Shown one piece after another: positions 38,632 through 47,759 of a DNA stretch of 64,000 nucleotides. The notes beneath the pieces were generated by a model, which had not been told where the DNA came from, did no database searches, and saw only the letters and a program-made list of their open reading frames with translations. The stretch lies in IMG/VR virus record IMGVR_UViG_3300033076_001139, positions 1 through 64,000 of that record, one strand, 5' to 3'. The position numbers and the translations under genes are program-made. Position 1 is the stretch's first letter, and the number at the start of each line of letters is the position of its first letter. The DNA comes from a virus. Its lineage: Duplodnaviria; Caudoviricetes.

Positions 38632-38715
38632 TGGTGCGCGGAGAGGGAATTGAACCCTCACGCCTTTCGGCACGGGCTCCTAAGGCCCGCGTGTCTACGA
38701 TTCCACCATCCGCGC
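38632..38715 (-). tRNA. tRNA-Leu(UAG)
   Basis: Cloverleaf, long arm, CCA. Confidence 0.93.
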
Positions 38716-38719
38716 AAAA

Positions 38720-38795
38720 TGGAGCTAGTGGCCGGACTTGAACCCGCAACCTGCTGCTTACAAAGCAGCTGCTCTACCAGTTGAGCTACACTAGC
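38720..38795 (-). tRNA. tRNA-Thr(UGU)
   Basis: Cloverleaf, CCA. Confidence 0.95.
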
Positions 38796-38798
38796 ATG

Positions 38799-38875
38799 TG
38801 GCCTCTCAGGCAGGAGTCGAACCTGCGACCAGCAGCTTAGAAGGCTGCTGCTCTATCCTGCTGAGCTACTGAGAG
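38799..38875 (-). tRNA. tRNA-Arg(UCU)
   Basis: Cloverleaf, CCA. Confidence 0.95.
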
Positions 38876-38876
38876 A

Positions 38877-38951
38877 TGGTAGTCGAGGTGGGGCTCGAAC
38901 CCACAACCCCCGCCTTGTAAGGGCGATGCTCTGCCATTGAGCTACTCGACT
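38877..38951 (-). tRNA. tRNA-Val(UAC)
   Basis: Cloverleaf, CCA. Confidence 0.95.
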
Positions 38952-38987
38952 GCGTTAAGGATTTATACCGTTTTTGACGAACTTTTA

Positions 38988-39064
38988 TGGCTCCCGCTCC
39001 CTGACTCGAACAGGGGACCCACGGATTAACAGTCCGTTGCTCTAACCAACTGAGCTAAGCGGGA
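38988..39064 (-). tRNA. tRNA-Asn(GUU)
   Basis: Cloverleaf, CCA. Confidence 0.95.
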
Positions 39065-39065
39065 A

Positions 39066-39141
39066 TGGAGCAGAAGACGAGACTCGAACTCGCGACCAAC
39101 AGCTTGGAAGGCTGTGACTCTACCGACTGAGTTACTTCTGC
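39066..39141 (-). tRNA. tRNA-Gly(UCC)
   Basis: Cloverleaf, U73, CCA. Confidence 0.95.
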
Positions 39142-39146
39142 AAAAG

Positions 39147-39222
39147 TGGTGGAGGCGAGGGGGTTCGAACCCCTGACCCCCGGCTTGCAAAGCCGGTGCT
39201 CTCCCAACTGAGCTACGCCCCC
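39147..39222 (-). tRNA. tRNA-Ala(UGC)
   Basis: Cloverleaf, G3-U70, CCA. Confidence 0.95.
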
Positions 39223-39332
39223 AGCTCTCTCTGCATAACCAGGGCTAAAAGAAAGCGTCAAATCCTTTTCAGGAAAAGACGCGCTCTTTTTACGCCCGAC
39301 GCCCCTTTTCACGACGGGGCAGGGCCAAGTCT

Positions 39333-39782
39333 TCAGCGGATGTTGAAGAACTCCAACAGTCCGAGCGTGTGAGACTCTCCGATGGTCTCGTACGCAAATC
39401 CATCCGGGCTATCGCCCCACGACATGTCGCCGCAGAAGAAGAGCAGCTGCGTGTCGTCGTCTGGGTCAATGCGGCAGTAGAGATCTCGCGCGTTGCTCCC
39501 GTTCCACACCGCGTAGAGATCGGTGACGAGGTTCTCGGCGCGGCCCTGGATTGCTCCCGGCCTCTCGTCCTCGAAGTCTTCAAGCTCGTAGTCAATATCC
39601 ATCAGAGAGCGGTCAACAATCTTCTGCGCCTCAGGCGAGATGCCTCGCCCTTCGCGATGATCAATCGCAGCCTGGTTCAAGAGGTTGAGTGCATTCACGA
39701 CGCACTCAACCGCAGCTGCACGCTTCTCTTCCGGCAAATCACGCGGGCCCTTCAAAAGGTACCCGATGAGGTCAGCTCCCAT
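39333..39782 (-). CDS. Hypothetical protein
   Basis: MGADL...GDMSWGDSP motif. Confidence 0.7.
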   Translation of the reverse strand: MGADLIGYLLKGPRDLPEEKRAAAVECVVNALNLLNQAAIDHREGRGISPEAQKIVDRSLMDIDYELEDFEDERPGAIQGRAENLVTDLYAVWNGSNARDLYCRIDPDDDTQLLFFCGDMSWGDSPDGFAYETIGESHTLGLLEFFNIR

Positions 39783-40057
39783 TTACTCAGTCTCCTTTAC
39801 GCTCTTTGCTACTGCCATGAAGTAGTCGAGCGGTACGATTTGTCGCGAGCCATCGTCCTGCATGAAATACACAAGTGGCTTGCTGTCTCCTGAGATGATG
39901 CTAACGACGTCACCAGCATGGCCCCGCAGACGCCAGTGACTTCCAATCGCAGGGCCCTCAACCTCTTCAGCGGGGGACTCCTTCAGAGAAAACAACACCT
40001 TCGCAATCGCAGCAGTGGCCAGGCCGACAATGAAAGAAACTACACAGCAGATGATCA

Positions 40058-40357
40058 TCATGGCTCTTCCTCGGTGATGCACAGTTTAAGGGCTTCAGCA
40101 AGTGTGTACTGTTCGGTGTGGCTAGTTCGGTCGTACGGCCTCCGGTCGCCTGTAGGTACGTCATGCGTGACGAAGATGTGGTTGTCGGTGCCGTACTGGT
40201 CGATGTAAACCTCCGCGCACCAAAGGCTGGTAGCATCCGGTTCAATCAGCCCGCTCGCCTTCGCCCGCCGAAGTGTTTCATGAAGCAGTCTCCGTTCAAC
40301 AATCCGTTGGAACCACAGGAACGGATCTACGTCTGCCTTACCTACTTCTACATTCAT
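40058..40357 (-). CDS. Hypothetical protein
   Basis: AGGAGGAG RBS. Confidence 0.55.
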   Translation of the reverse strand: MNVEVGKADVDPFLWFQRIVERRLLHETLRRAKASGLIEPDATSLWCAEVYIDQYGTDNHIFVTHDVPTGDRRPYDRTSHTEQYTLAEALKLCITEEEP

Positions 40358-40596
40358 GGCTCCTCCTTGCGGCGGTGCTCGCCGCCGTTATTTCCCTTCC
40401 ATCCCCACCTGCGTGCCTCCTCGCAGCGGCACTCGCCTGTGGCGTACATGATCCCCGCGCAGTGGGGGGCGTGCCCGGCGAGCGTTAGCGCGTACATCGC
40501 ATCGACTTTCGCTTCCTGTTCCTTTCGCGCCCTGCGTCGATGGATGATGTCGCGCACGACCTCTCTGTGCGTCCTCCGCCTCCAACGGCTCATCAC
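40354..40596 (-). CDS. Hypothetical protein ending GGEHRRKEEP
   Basis: Shared gene-end module. Confidence 0.55.
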   Translation of the reverse strand: MMSRWRRRTHREVVRDIIHRRRARKEQEAKVDAMYALTLAGHAPHCAGIMYATGECRCEEARRWGWKGNNGGEHRRKEEP

Positions 40597-40731
40597 TCCT
40601 CCTCGTGGCGAGCATCACCGCGTTTATGTACGCGCACGGGATTAATTCCCGGCGCAAAGGCTTATGACACATAAAAGAAAAGTCGCCTGGTCCTCCCAGC
40701 TCAGACGACTTTTCTTTGGCCCCGGGCACCA

Positions 40732-41178
40732 TCACTCTTCAGTGACGATGCCTTCCCCCCGGAGCCACTCCGCGTCCACCGCGGAGACGCCGGCGAGCCC
40801 GAGGGCCGCCTTCACCTTCCGCAGCTTCGCATAGTTTCCACCGCCCACTAGGAAGCGACGGTGGAAGGAGATCCCGTGGTGCGCGAAGATCCGCGCCCAC
40901 ACGGTACGCCGCCCGATGAACTTCCGCGCGGCGTAAAGTCCCAACCCGGGGAGGATGGGCATCCATCCCGGGAGCCATCCCCGTGCTGCGAGGTAGAGCC
41001 CTGTGCAGCACGTGACATCACTCCACTCCTCACGGATCCCCGTGAGGTTCCCTGCCCGTACTTCGGCGAGCAGCTCTTGCCACTCGCCTTTGACGTAGTC
41101 CCAAGTCATGTCCGATGCCATGACGTGGGACCTCATCCACCCGTAGGTGAGTGTCCCACACCATGTAGAAACGAGCAT
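40732..41178 (-). CDS. Hypothetical protein (MazG-like E..E...EE..D pattern)
   Basis: VKGEWQEL...IREEWSDV; promoter plus AGGAGG. Confidence 0.55.
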   Translation of the reverse strand: MLVSTWCGTLTYGWMRSHVMASDMTWDYVKGEWQELLAEVRAGNLTGIREEWSDVTCCTGLYLAARGWLPGWMPILPGLGLYAARKFIGRRTVWARIFAHHGISFHRRFLVGGGNYAKLRKVKAALGLAGVSAVDAEWLRGEGIVTEE

Positions 41179-41198
41179 TATTCCTCCTTGCTCATATA

Positions 41199-41228
41199 CT
41201 TATGACAGGATCACCCTGGAGTTCGGGG
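41199..41228 (-). promoter_or_regulatory. Conserved phage promoter (one of about 21 copies)
   Basis: CCCGAA...CCTGT-CATAAG-TATAT-GAGC. Confidence 0.7.
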
Positions 41229-41298
41229 CTAAAAGAAAATCCCCGAGCAGTGCTCAAGGGGATCTACCGCCTGCTCCCTTGTGAGGAGCGGGAGGATT

Positions 41299-41871
41299 TC
41301 ACAGCCGGCGGACCGGTCCCGGCGTCACCGCCGGCGGGGGCGAGAGCCGCGTGTCTGCGGCCCAAGCCGGGCTTACGCCCAGCCCGGAGCAGGCCTTGTG
41401 GGCCTGCTCCTTTTCATGATCCCCGTACTCGCCGGGGACCAGCCCCGGCCCGTGGGTGAGCGCAGTTACACGCCCACCCTCCTTCCGAATTTCCCAGAGG
41501 AGGATCTCGGCCCCCCTCCTGAAGATCTGGAGGTGAGCGTCACCGGCAACGGTGACGCTCCAGCGGACGGTTCCCATCGTAGAGCGATGGGTCGTGGCGG
41601 GGGCGAGCCCGCGGAACTTGTACCCGTCATTATACGGGTACCGCTCAAGGTAGGCGATGCGTGCTGCATCGCCTTCTGCGTCTGCGAGGTCGCGGAGCTG
41701 TTGCTCCGCGTCGGCGGCTTGAAGACGCACCTCCCAGGCGGCGACAGCCGCCTCCACTCCGAGATTTAGAATCTCCGAGTCTGTCGGACCCAGCGGGTCC
41801 GTAGCCCAGCCGTGTCCGAAGGCACGGGCGAGGGGGCGGAGGACGGAGAGCTGGGCGGAATTGATGTTCAT
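41299..41871 (-). CDS. Hypothetical protein
   Basis: Own promoter and terminator. Confidence 0.65.
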   Translation of the reverse strand: MNINSAQLSVLRPLARAFGHGWATDPLGPTDSEILNLGVEAAVAAWEVRLQAADAEQQLRDLADAEGDAARIAYLERYPYNDGYKFRGLAPATTHRSTMGTVRWSVTVAGDAHLQIFRRGAEILLWEIRKEGGRVTALTHGPGLVPGEYGDHEKEQAHKACSGLGVSPAWAADTRLSPPPAVTPGPVRRL

Positions 41872-42019
41872 GTGAACTCCAGGAAAAGAGAATTGCGCGG
41901 AGAGGTATTTCTCTTTGCTCTACTCCCTTATGACCGGAATCCAGACAGCCTTCAGGCGCGCAAAGGGCTAAAAGAAATGCAACCCGCGAGGGACAGTATT
42001 TCTTTCCTCCCTTTCGGGA

Positions 42020-42226
42020 TCAGCTGATGACCTTGCCGGTCCTCAGGCTGACGAGGGAGAAGTCGCCCTCGTCGAGGTTCTTCTTCTTCACGAGAGCAGC
42101 GACGCCCTTGTTGTCCTCTTTGAAGAGGTCTGCGATGTAGGTCGCAGCGGACACAGCCGTCGCGATACCAATCGTGGAAGGGTTGATCTCTGCGTTCTCA
42201 AGAAGAAACTTGGGAAGAATAGCCAT
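42020..42226 (-). CDS. Hypothetical protein
   Basis: Own promoter and terminator. Confidence 0.65.
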   Translation of the reverse strand: MAILPKFLLENAEINPSTIGIATAVSAATYIADLFKEDNKGVAALVKKKNLDEGDFSLVSLRTGKVIS

Positions 42227-42279
42227 TGTGGGTTCCTTTGTCGTTGTGGCGAAGGGAGTAATTTCCCCTGCTCTAAATA

Positions 42280-42309
42280 CTTATGACAGGGTCCGGCCCG
42301 TTCTTTAGG
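42280..42309 (-). promoter_or_regulatory. Conserved phage promoter
   Basis: CCTAAA-N18-CATAAG. Confidence 0.75.
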
Positions 42310-42760
42310 CGCACAAGGTCATCTTCAGTGCGACACTTCCCAACCGGCGCGGAGGGCTATCACAGACACCTACTACACACCCCTACACTCTCACACCATC
42401 CTCTCACCATCCCCATCCCTATCCTCGCTTCCACGAGTCCCCGACGGGCACAGCTCGTAATTACCTCCCCACGGTAATTAATTAGCCAGCACGGAAATAC
42501 CCACGAATGGAAATTCATTCTGTGCCCTCCATTTGCATGCAGTCCCTACATAGATGTGTAAATAAATAGATCGATGTTTTGTGTACTGTCCTACCCACTG
42601 AGGGTTCCCCGAATTTCCATCCATGTACACACAGCGAGGATTACCTTTCCGCGCCCTGTACCATTCCCTGCCTCGATTAATATTCCGCAGCTAATAGAAA
42701 ATACCCCAGAGGGATATTTCCTACGCCTCCTCCCGCACCGGGGAGGAGACTCGCGCCGCA

Positions 42761-43138
42761 TTACGCAGCCTTCGCCTTGGCGGCCTTCTTGGCCTTGGCC
42801 TTGGCGGCGCCCTCCTCAACCGCCGCGAGCACGGCCGGAGCCGCGGACTCGTCGACGGTGGCGGAACCGGTGAAGGTCACGGTGCCGGCCTTGGGGTTGC
42901 GGGTCGCGGCGATCTGCACGAACTCGTTGGTGACCGTGCGGGTCTCCGAGTCGCTGTCCCAGTGGATCAAACCACGGGCGATCAGCCCACCACCGCCGGC
43001 CTTGGCGAGCGTCATCCAGGGGTTCGTCTCCTCCAGGATGAAGACATCGACCGCGGCGATGAGCATCGCCACGCCGCCGGCGGTGAGGTTGGGATTGTTG
43101 TGAATGGGATCGGGGAGAAGGGCCATGTGGGCCTCCAT
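42761..43138 (-). CDS. Hypothetical protein with Lys/Ala-rich tail
   Basis: Extreme GC3 bias; own promoter. Confidence 0.7.
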   Translation of the reverse strand: MEAHMALLPDPIHNNPNLTAGGVAMLIAAVDVFILEETNPWMTLAKAGGGGLIARGLIHWDSDSETRTVTNEFVQIAATRNPKAGTVTFTGSATVDESAAPAVLAAVEEGAAKAKAKKAAKAKAA

Positions 43139-43222
43139 GAGCGAGGGTCTCGTATTGGTTGTGCCAACCATCCCCGAACCTACGGGGATGGCGAGGAAAG
43201 GCTACGATTTCCTGCTCATATT

Positions 43223-43252
43223 ATTATGACCGGTAATCCCGAATATTTTAGG
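43223..43252 (-). promoter_or_regulatory. Conserved phage promoter
   Basis: CCTAAA-N18-CATAAT. Confidence 0.75.
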
Positions 43253-43350
43253 CGCAAGGGATACCCGAGCCCGAGGATCCCGAGCCTTGTATACGTGTAT
43301 AGAGTTACGGTCTTGGAACGGCCGGGAGGGGTACCCCGGTGTTAGACAGA

Positions 43351-43421
43351 GGCACATATTCTGGGATACCCCGAATTAGGAAAACAGCGGCACATATTCT
43401 GGGGGTACCCGAATCAGGAAA
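43351..43421. repeat. Imperfect ~33-bp direct repeat with GGTACC-like cores
   Basis: GGCACATATTCTGGG..TACCC.GAAT.AGGAAA at 43351 and 43389. Confidence 0.8.
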
Positions 43422-43739
43422 TACCCCTCCCATTAATTGTGGGTACCCGAACCCCGCACAAACCCTATTAAAAAATTGGGTTATAGAAAATGGAATAGGG
43501 GTACGGACAGCCCTTTGGATGCGCCGAAAAATTGGTTTATTCGGGGCTAAGAAAATGGCCTCCCCGTGGGCGGGAGGCCGGACATCACGGACCCTGCTCG
43601 GGTGCCGTTCTGTCGTGTACCAGCTCGGACCACTCCCGAAGCCCGAGCTGGAAAAGGACCTCGCTCAACGGGTGCGCGACCACGTTGTGCAAGGTCCATT
43701 GGAACCGGGGCGGTAGCCGCCCCAGTAGGCGGGGTAGGT

Positions 43740-44144
43740 TCATTCGGGCAGGGTGAACTGGTCACCCTTGCCGTCGAAGTACCCCCACTTGCCGGCGAGG
43801 GCGGGACCGTCCTTCTCGGTCCAGCCCCCTGTCAGCACGACGTTGCTGTGGACGGGGGAGACCCCGATATCCACAGCAACAGTCACGTGGGCAGTGTCGT
43901 TGCGGGTTTCTGCACCCTCAACAACGACCGCCTGGATACCGTCCCGATCGACGTACCCGACGACGCGGAGCGTCACGGGCTTGCCAATCGGGAGCTGGCA
44001 CACCTCCTCTGCCGTGGGCTTGAACGCCCACGTCATGTGGTGGCAGGTCTGCTTTTCGCGCAGAGGGCTGAGCGTGGCGAACCACGCTTTCAGCTCCTCG
44101 CGAGCGGTGGGGTCTAGGATGACCCCAGCGTAGATGGGTCTCAT
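43740..44144 (-). CDS. 2H phosphoesterase family protein
   Basis: Two HxT motifs (HHMTW, AHVTV) and PVHSN. Confidence 0.75.
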   Translation of the reverse strand: MRPIYAGVILDPTAREELKAWFATLSPLREKQTCHHMTWAFKPTAEEVCQLPIGKPVTLRVVGYVDRDGIQAVVVEGAETRNDTAHVTVAVDIGVSPVHSNVVLTGGWTEKDGPALAGKWGYFDGKGDQFTLPE

Positions 44145-44407
44145 GACCCCACCTCGCGGACAAGGGCAAAGAGGACGTCGCGGCGGGCGTCCCCCTCGAC
44201 CTCTACCCCGTTGACCTGGATTTCCAGGACACACTCGTACTCGTCTGTGACGAGCAGATCAATGTGCTTGTCACCTACAAGCACCGAGGCAGACCTGCTG
44301 CCCCCGACGTCGAAGACCAGTCCGCAGACGGTCTCCTCCGCCTCGCGGAGCTTCTGGCGCTCCGCTGCCGTCTTCTGCTGCCGAAGCAACTGTTCCAAAA
44401 CCGTCAT
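44141..44407 (-). CDS. Hypothetical protein
   Basis: Promoter plus AGGAGG. Confidence 0.65.
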   Translation of the reverse strand: MTVLEQLLRQQKTAAERQKLREAEETVCGLVFDVGGSRSASVLVGDKHIDLLVTDEYECVLEIQVNGVEVEGDARRDVLFALVREVGS

Positions 44408-44612
44408 GAAGCCTCCTATGTGGGGAGGAAAGTCCCCTGCTTCATGTTCTTATGACCGGGTCTGGGCCTGTTTTGGCGTGGGTAAATAAGAAGGTGTTTT
44501 ATAGCTTTTTATTGGGGTGGAAAATTCGGGCCGCGTGAGTACAAGGTAAAAGAAACGACCCACCTGTGCGGTAGGGTCGTTACCTCCCCGACCCTTTCAG
44601 GCCGGGGAGGAT

Positions 44613-45077
44613 TTACGCAGCGCGCTCTTCCGCGCGCCTAGCCAGCATGGCGAGCGTTTCCTCGAACGTACCGAAACGCGCGTAGCGGTACTCAAGCTGC
44701 GTGGCGCGCAGCTTGAGTTCGTACTCGTAGGGCTCCTTGGCGTTGTTCGCCCGGAAGTGGAGGACGATCTCGTCCCCCTCCTTGAGGTTCTGGAGAACAC
44801 GCAGGGGGATGTGCTGGGGCAGCCGCCCCATCAGTTCCTTCTCCCCCAGCTCCGACCAGTCGTGGCAGTGCCAGTTCTGGCACTCCGGGCCGATGGCCCA
44901 GAATTCGACCATGAGGTCGTTGTCCTGGAACTCGATCCCGGGGAAGTTTCGGTATCGACGAGTGTACAACTCGTCGTCGAACCCGTTCTCGTTGGGGTTC
45001 TTCAGCTCCTCAAACTTGAAGAGACGGTTGGGGACGAGGAAGAAATTGCCGGTGAGAGTACGCACGATGCGACCCAA
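44613..45077 (-). CDS. Hypothetical protein
   Basis: Promoter at 45128; terminator downstream. Confidence 0.6.
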   Translation of the reverse strand: MGRIVRTLTGNFFLVPNRLFKFEELKNPNENGFDDELYTRRYRNFPGIEFQDNDLMVEFWAIGPECQNWHCHDWSELGEKELMGRLPQHIPLRVLQNLKEGDEIVLHFRANNAKEPYEYELKLRATQLEYRYARFGTFEETLAMLARRAEERAA

Positions 45078-45373
45078 GCAGAACGGGGAATAGGGAAAGG
45101 TTGAGTTAGCCCTTTCTGCTTCATATACTTATGACCGGATTTTGGCCTATTTTGAATCCATGCAACGGGCGCGCAGGTGTGGGATACTCCTGAGATGGAA
45201 GACTTCCGTATTTCGCTGCACCCAGGCCTTCGCCGGCTGGGATTTATCGTAGGCTTTGCCCTGATCGCCGCTGGTCTGATCCTGGGCTGGATACGTTCCG
45301 GCCAGCCCGTTCAGTTACCGCCTACTGGGTACAAAAAATAAACCGCCCCTCACAAAGAGGGGCGGTAGCAAGG

Positions 45374-46147
45374 CTACGAGTCGGTTGACTTCTTTTTAAG
45401 ATGTCTGTACGCGGCGTACCCTAGCCCCAGACCTCCAACAGCCCCGGCACCCAAGAGGGCCGGAGACACACCGGAGCCCCCTCCCTCAGCGGAACCCCTA
45501 GTAGCTTTGCCCCGGCTTACTGCTGGGATGCGCGTAGGTGTCGAGGTAGGTGTTGCGGTAGGTGTCGGCGTGTGCACGAGTACTGGGCGTTCTTTATGGC
45601 GAGTAGGCCACGGAGACGTGACGTACAGGTTGTTTAGCCGCTTAGTTTCGTTCTGTATCTGTGCTTTCCCTGTTTCCATACCTCTTTTAAAGGACAGCTT
45701 ACCCTCCATGGCCTTCTTAACGGCGCGCCCAAGCCGAGAGTTCCTAATTTCGTCGACTGATTGAGCCACTTCTGTTAAAGTCTCTGGGTGAGTCGCGAAG
45801 GGTTCGACGCGGGTTAGGCTCTTTGTTGGTGTTTTTCCAAGACCTAGTGACTGGAGGTGCCGGCTGCGCGCCGCGCGCTGGGTTGTGTCGAGGCGATATC
45901 CACGAAGGGGGACTGTGCCAAATTGTCCACTGAAAAGACGTATACCTAGCGGCCCACCAAGGATCTTCGCGTGTTCTCTGATAGCCTCTGGTGTTAAGTT
46001 TTTAGGCAGCTTGTGCATTTCCTGTATAAGAGGGATACTGCCCAGAAATGCTCTATTAGAGGAAATAGCGCGGTAGCGCTCGTGCCATGGATACGTGGCC
46101 AGCTTCTCTAGTTCTGTAAAAAACGCGTGCATGGCCTGCTTGTTCAT
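45374..46147 (-). CDS. Basic protein with AFFTELEKLA leader and Gly-rich hydrophobic C-terminus
   Basis: Same leader as the genes at 4362-5396. Confidence 0.7.
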   Translation of the reverse strand: MNKQAMHAFFTELEKLATYPWHERYRAISSNRAFLGSIPLIQEMHKLPKNLTPEAIREHAKILGGPLGIRLFSGQFGTVPLRGYRLDTTQRAARSRHLQSLGLGKTPTKSLTRVEPFATHPETLTEVAQSVDEIRNSRLGRAVKKAMEGKLSFKRGMETGKAQIQNETKRLNNLYVTSPWPTRHKERPVLVHTPTPTATPTSTPTRIPAVSRGKATRGSAEGGGSGVSPALLGAGAVGGLGLGYAAYRHLKKKSTDS

Positions 46148-46175
46148 TGTGGACCTCTCTATTGACTCCGCTACC

Positions 46176-46427
46176 TTACTCTACCCGCACTGCACGTACC
46201 AACAAGATCTTGGCTTCCCGGGACAGCCGTTTAACACGGCACTCTTCTTTTAGCGCGACGCTCTTGGACGCACACGGAGAAAGGTAAACGAGCGTAAGCG
46301 GGGCACGGCCACGTGTGTACTTCGCGCCCTTACCTGCCTCGTGCTGGGAAAGGCGGCGGGGGAGGCTGTTCGTGATGCCCGTGTAAAGCGTGCCGTCGGC
46401 GCAGTAGAGGATGTAGAGGAAGTACAA
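46176..46427 (-). CDS. GIY-YIG nuclease (UPF0213-like)
   Basis: YILYCADGTLYTGIT...RRLSQH..GKGAKYTRGR. Confidence 0.9.
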   Translation of the reverse strand: MYFLYILYCADGTLYTGITNSLPRRLSQHEAGKGAKYTRGRAPLTLVYLSPCASKSVALKEECRVKRLSREAKILLVRAVRVE

Positions 46428-46474
46428 AAGAAAAATCCGCAGCGGATGCTGCGGATAACTTCTTGAGGGGCGGT

Positions 46475-46720
46475 CTAGCGCATGCCTAGCAAACGACCTA
46501 TCAGTTTTCCGGGACCAAAACGACCTACTTGGGCCTTTGCCTTTAGCTGGCTAATAGCAGAGTTCATGGGCGGCATTGACTTAGCCGTTGCCATGGTTTT
46601 TGCGGCCTGTAGCTGCTCCGCCCCGGCCGCTTCCTTGTCGAGAAGCGCCAGCTCGTAGATGTCGTAGACATCGTCTACAGATGCAATCTTAGCAAACTCT
46701 TGAACGTACGATGTGCTCAT
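46475..46720 (-). CDS. Leader-cargo protein (EFAKIASVDDVYDIYELALLDKEA)
   Basis: Leader shared with 46895-47260. Confidence 0.7.
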   Translation of the reverse strand: MSTSYVQEFAKIASVDDVYDIYELALLDKEAAGAEQLQAAKTMATAKSMPPMNSAISQLKAKAQVGRFGPGKLIGRLLGMR

Positions 46721-46807
46721 TTTTTACCTCTATTTTGGAAAGTATGGAGTCTTAGGACTACCCACCAATTCCGCGTCTTGCGAGGGGAATAGAAATTGCG
46801 CGGTTTG

Positions 46808-46855
46808 CTGTCTCTGTCAGCGCAGGAGAGGATGTAGAGGAAGTACAAAAGAAAA
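46808..46855 (-). pseudogene. Truncated duplicate of the GIY-YIG 5' end
   Basis: LYFLYILSCAD; 46822-46855 nearly identical to 46401-46434. Confidence 0.65.
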
Positions 46856-46894
46856 CCCGTAGCGTTCGCTACGGGTTTTCTTAACAAGCTAGCG

Positions 46895-47260
46895 CTACCG
46901 GAAGCGTAGCTTTCCCTGTCGTGAAAGCTGAGCAGAACCATCAAGGGCGGGATTCCACGGCATGCCCTCTGGGCGAGATCCGCGCGCCATGCCTAGAGTA
47001 TCCTGAATACGATTTTTGAACTGTGCCGTTTGCGCGGGAGATGACCCGTGTATCCGCTGCATGTCGGCAAGCGAGTGCATCATTGAGTCCTTGACCGCAC
47101 GGAAATTTGGCTGCTTTCCCGCGCGACCAGCTGCGTACGCCAGCAAAGCCTGGCGACCCGTAGCTGAGGCCTCCTTGTCGAGAAGCGCCAGCTCGTAGAT
47201 GTCGTAGACATCGTCTACAGATGCGGTCTTTGCAAACTCGTGAATTGCGGAAATGCTCAT
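46895..47260 (-). CDS. Leader-cargo protein (EFAKTASVDDVYDIYELALLDKEA)
   Basis: 53-bp identity with 46632-46684. Confidence 0.7.
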   Translation of the reverse strand: MSISAIHEFAKTASVDDVYDIYELALLDKEASATGRQALLAYAAGRAGKQPNFRAVKDSMMHSLADMQRIHGSSPAQTAQFKNRIQDTLGMARGSRPEGMPWNPALDGSAQLSRQGKLRFR

Positions 47261-47759
47261 TTGAAAGTCTCCTGAGTAGGCGAAACAATCTTAGTACTAA
47301 AAAACGGACCCTGCAAGCGGGTCCGTAACGTCATTCTTCCTCTCCCGTCCTTGTAGGACGAACGAGAGAAACATCAAGCCCGACAAGCGGAAGCATACGC
47401 CGCAACCGACGCGCATTGCTTCGAGCCTCCCGACTCGAACGCCACGTCGTCTGTCGCATGTTTGCCTGCCTCCATTCGTCTAGGTCCCGCGCGTAGGACT
47501 CCCATTCCCGCGCGGCTTCTTCCAACAGTCTGTAGTCCATTTACGCCTCCCCCATGCCGTACGCCTCGACGTAGGCGTACATCCAGGCCACTAAGATCAG
47601 CGGCCAATTTTCCATCCCAGCAGTTTCCAGCTCAGCCATAATGCACTCCTTAGCGTGCATTTTCTTATGACACCTAAACGAAAAACACCCCAGTCTCCCT
47701 TCCGGGGTGAGTTTCGTTTGCCAACCCCTTTGCGCGAGTTGGCGGGTCTGGCGTGTGGG

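Noticed and set aside
22900-40622. RGEHRREE repeats as a CRISPR array or attC sites
   Set aside because: Spacing is gene-sized and irregular, the repeats are in-frame coding, and there is no cas or integrase gene or attC-like palindrome
44424-44436. GAGGAAAGTCC, an RNase P RNA signature
   Set aside because: It is part of a short leader hairpin on the opposite strand; no other RNase P elements
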